Positions 47,356-48,226 of a DNA stretch of 48,226 nt are shown here, one piece after another (position 1 is the stretch's first letter; every line of letters begins with the position of its first letter). A program made the translations under genes and the position numbers. The notes beneath the pieces were generated by a model. That model saw only the letters and a program-made list of their open reading frames with translations, had not been told where the DNA came from and did not search any database. Source of the DNA: Methanotrichaceae archaeon (GTDB taxonomy: Archaea > Halobacteriota > Methanosarcinia > Methanotrichales > Methanotrichaceae); assembly GCA_963803145.1 (NCBI GenBank), contig CAWDLW010000044.1, positions 1 through 48,226 of the forward strand. The letters are read 5' to 3'.

Positions 47356-47970
47356 TTGGCTGATAAGAAATTTTACGTACTTCCGGATTTGCCCTATGCA
47401 TATAATGCCCTTGAGCCGTATACATCTGAGACGCAGCTCAAGATCCATCACGACAAGCACCATGCGGCCTATGTCAAGGGCGCGAACACAATACTTGAGA
47501 AGCTGGATAAGGCTCATCAGGACGGCACCGATCTGGATATGAAGGCCACGCTGAAGGAGCTTTCATTCAACATAGGCGGCCATAAGCTCCACGGCCTGTT
47601 CTGGAAGAACATGATGCCCGCGGATAAGGCATCGAAGGAACCGGGCGGAGCGATAGCCGATCTGCTGAAGAAAGAGTTCGGCACATTCGAGCGCTTCAAG
47701 AAGGAGTTCTCTGCAGCAGCCAGCAGCGTAGAAGGCTCTGGTTGGGGAGCTCTTGCCTACTCCACGCAGACAAACAGACCACTATTAATGCAGATCGAGA
47801 AGCACAACGTGAACGTATACCCCAACTTCAAAATCATGATGGTTCTCGACGTATGGGAGCACGCCTACTACCTGGATTACAAGAATGAGAGACCCAAGTT
47901 CGTTGAAGCCTTCTGGAATATAGTGAATTGGGATGAGGTAGATAAGAGGCTTGAGGCGATAGTGAAGTAG
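47356..47970 (+). CDS. sod: Fe/Mn superoxide dismutase
   Basis: [29 protein letters not shown]; GAGGTGA SD before TTG. Confidence 0.97.
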   Translation: MADKKFYVLPDLPYAYNALEPYTSETQLKIHHDKHHAAYVKGANTILEKLDKAHQDGTDLDMKATLKELSFNIGGHKLHGLFWKNMMPADKASKEPGGAIADLLKKEFGTFERFKKEFSAAASSVEGSGWGALAYSTQTNRPLLMQIEKHNVNVYPNFKIMMVLDVWEHAYYLDYKNERPKFVEAFWNIVNWDEVDKRLEAIVK

Positions 47971-48037
47971 ACCTTAATCAATTAGACTTTAAGCGTATAC
48001 TTAATCTCAATTTTTAATATTTATTTAAAGGATCCTC

Positions 48038-48226
48038 TCAGCTTGATGCTGGCTGTATGGGCTCTGATGAAGAGGATAAAGATATCCCCATAAGCGACTG
48101 TGCTATTGCCGAAGAATAATCGAGCGTATACTCCTCAAACGCTAGTGTATTTTTAGCCTGCATAAGATCGCGCAACAAAAGTGTAGATGTGAATAATCCC
48201 AATATAGATCCATTTGGATCCATTTA
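48038..48226 (-). CDS. possible 3' end of a gene running off the window
   Basis: Frame open to the window edge, converging on sod across a T/A-rich gap. Confidence 0.35.

Noticed and set aside
47356-47970. Superoxide dismutase in a strict anaerobe
   Set aside because: Fe-type SODs are well documented in methanogens.

Overview
Archaeal chromosomal window, most likely from a Methanothrix-like methanogen. This is inferred from the gene content (histone, GatE, Cdc6, PCNA, PriS/PriL, GINS, aIF2-alpha, Nop10) and the GGAGG/GGTGA Shine-Dalgarno motifs. Most of the window is housekeeping: cbiMNQO, larB, EndoQ-like, MutS-like, trpS, moaC, nnr, pstCA, cdc6-gatE-histone, tfs-pcn-priL, moeA, aroC, prs, the priS-GINS-L44e-S27e-aIF2a-Nop10-PAC2 cluster, and a stress/repair patchwork ending in sod. 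The standout is an AT-rich accessory island at about 12.8-20.4 kb. It holds a four-gene minus-strand operon of secreted beta-rich proteins, led by one built from eight ~35-aa Asn/Gln-ladder (curlin-like) repeats. It also holds a convergent secreted protein made entirely of 13-aa Cys-Pro-Thr repeats, two paralogous winged-helix regulators with a conserved promoter, and an ORF-less IS200/IS605 derivative that keeps an elaborated TnpB omega-RNA-like end. The island is a candidate archaeal functional-amyloid/fibre (matrix or sheath) system. Other oddities are two promoter-backed candidate small RNAs, a CTG-initiated rps27e, a voltage-gated channel lacking the GYG filter, unannotated small proteins and a frameshifted DUF1330 gene. 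All family calls come from motif recognition, not database searches.
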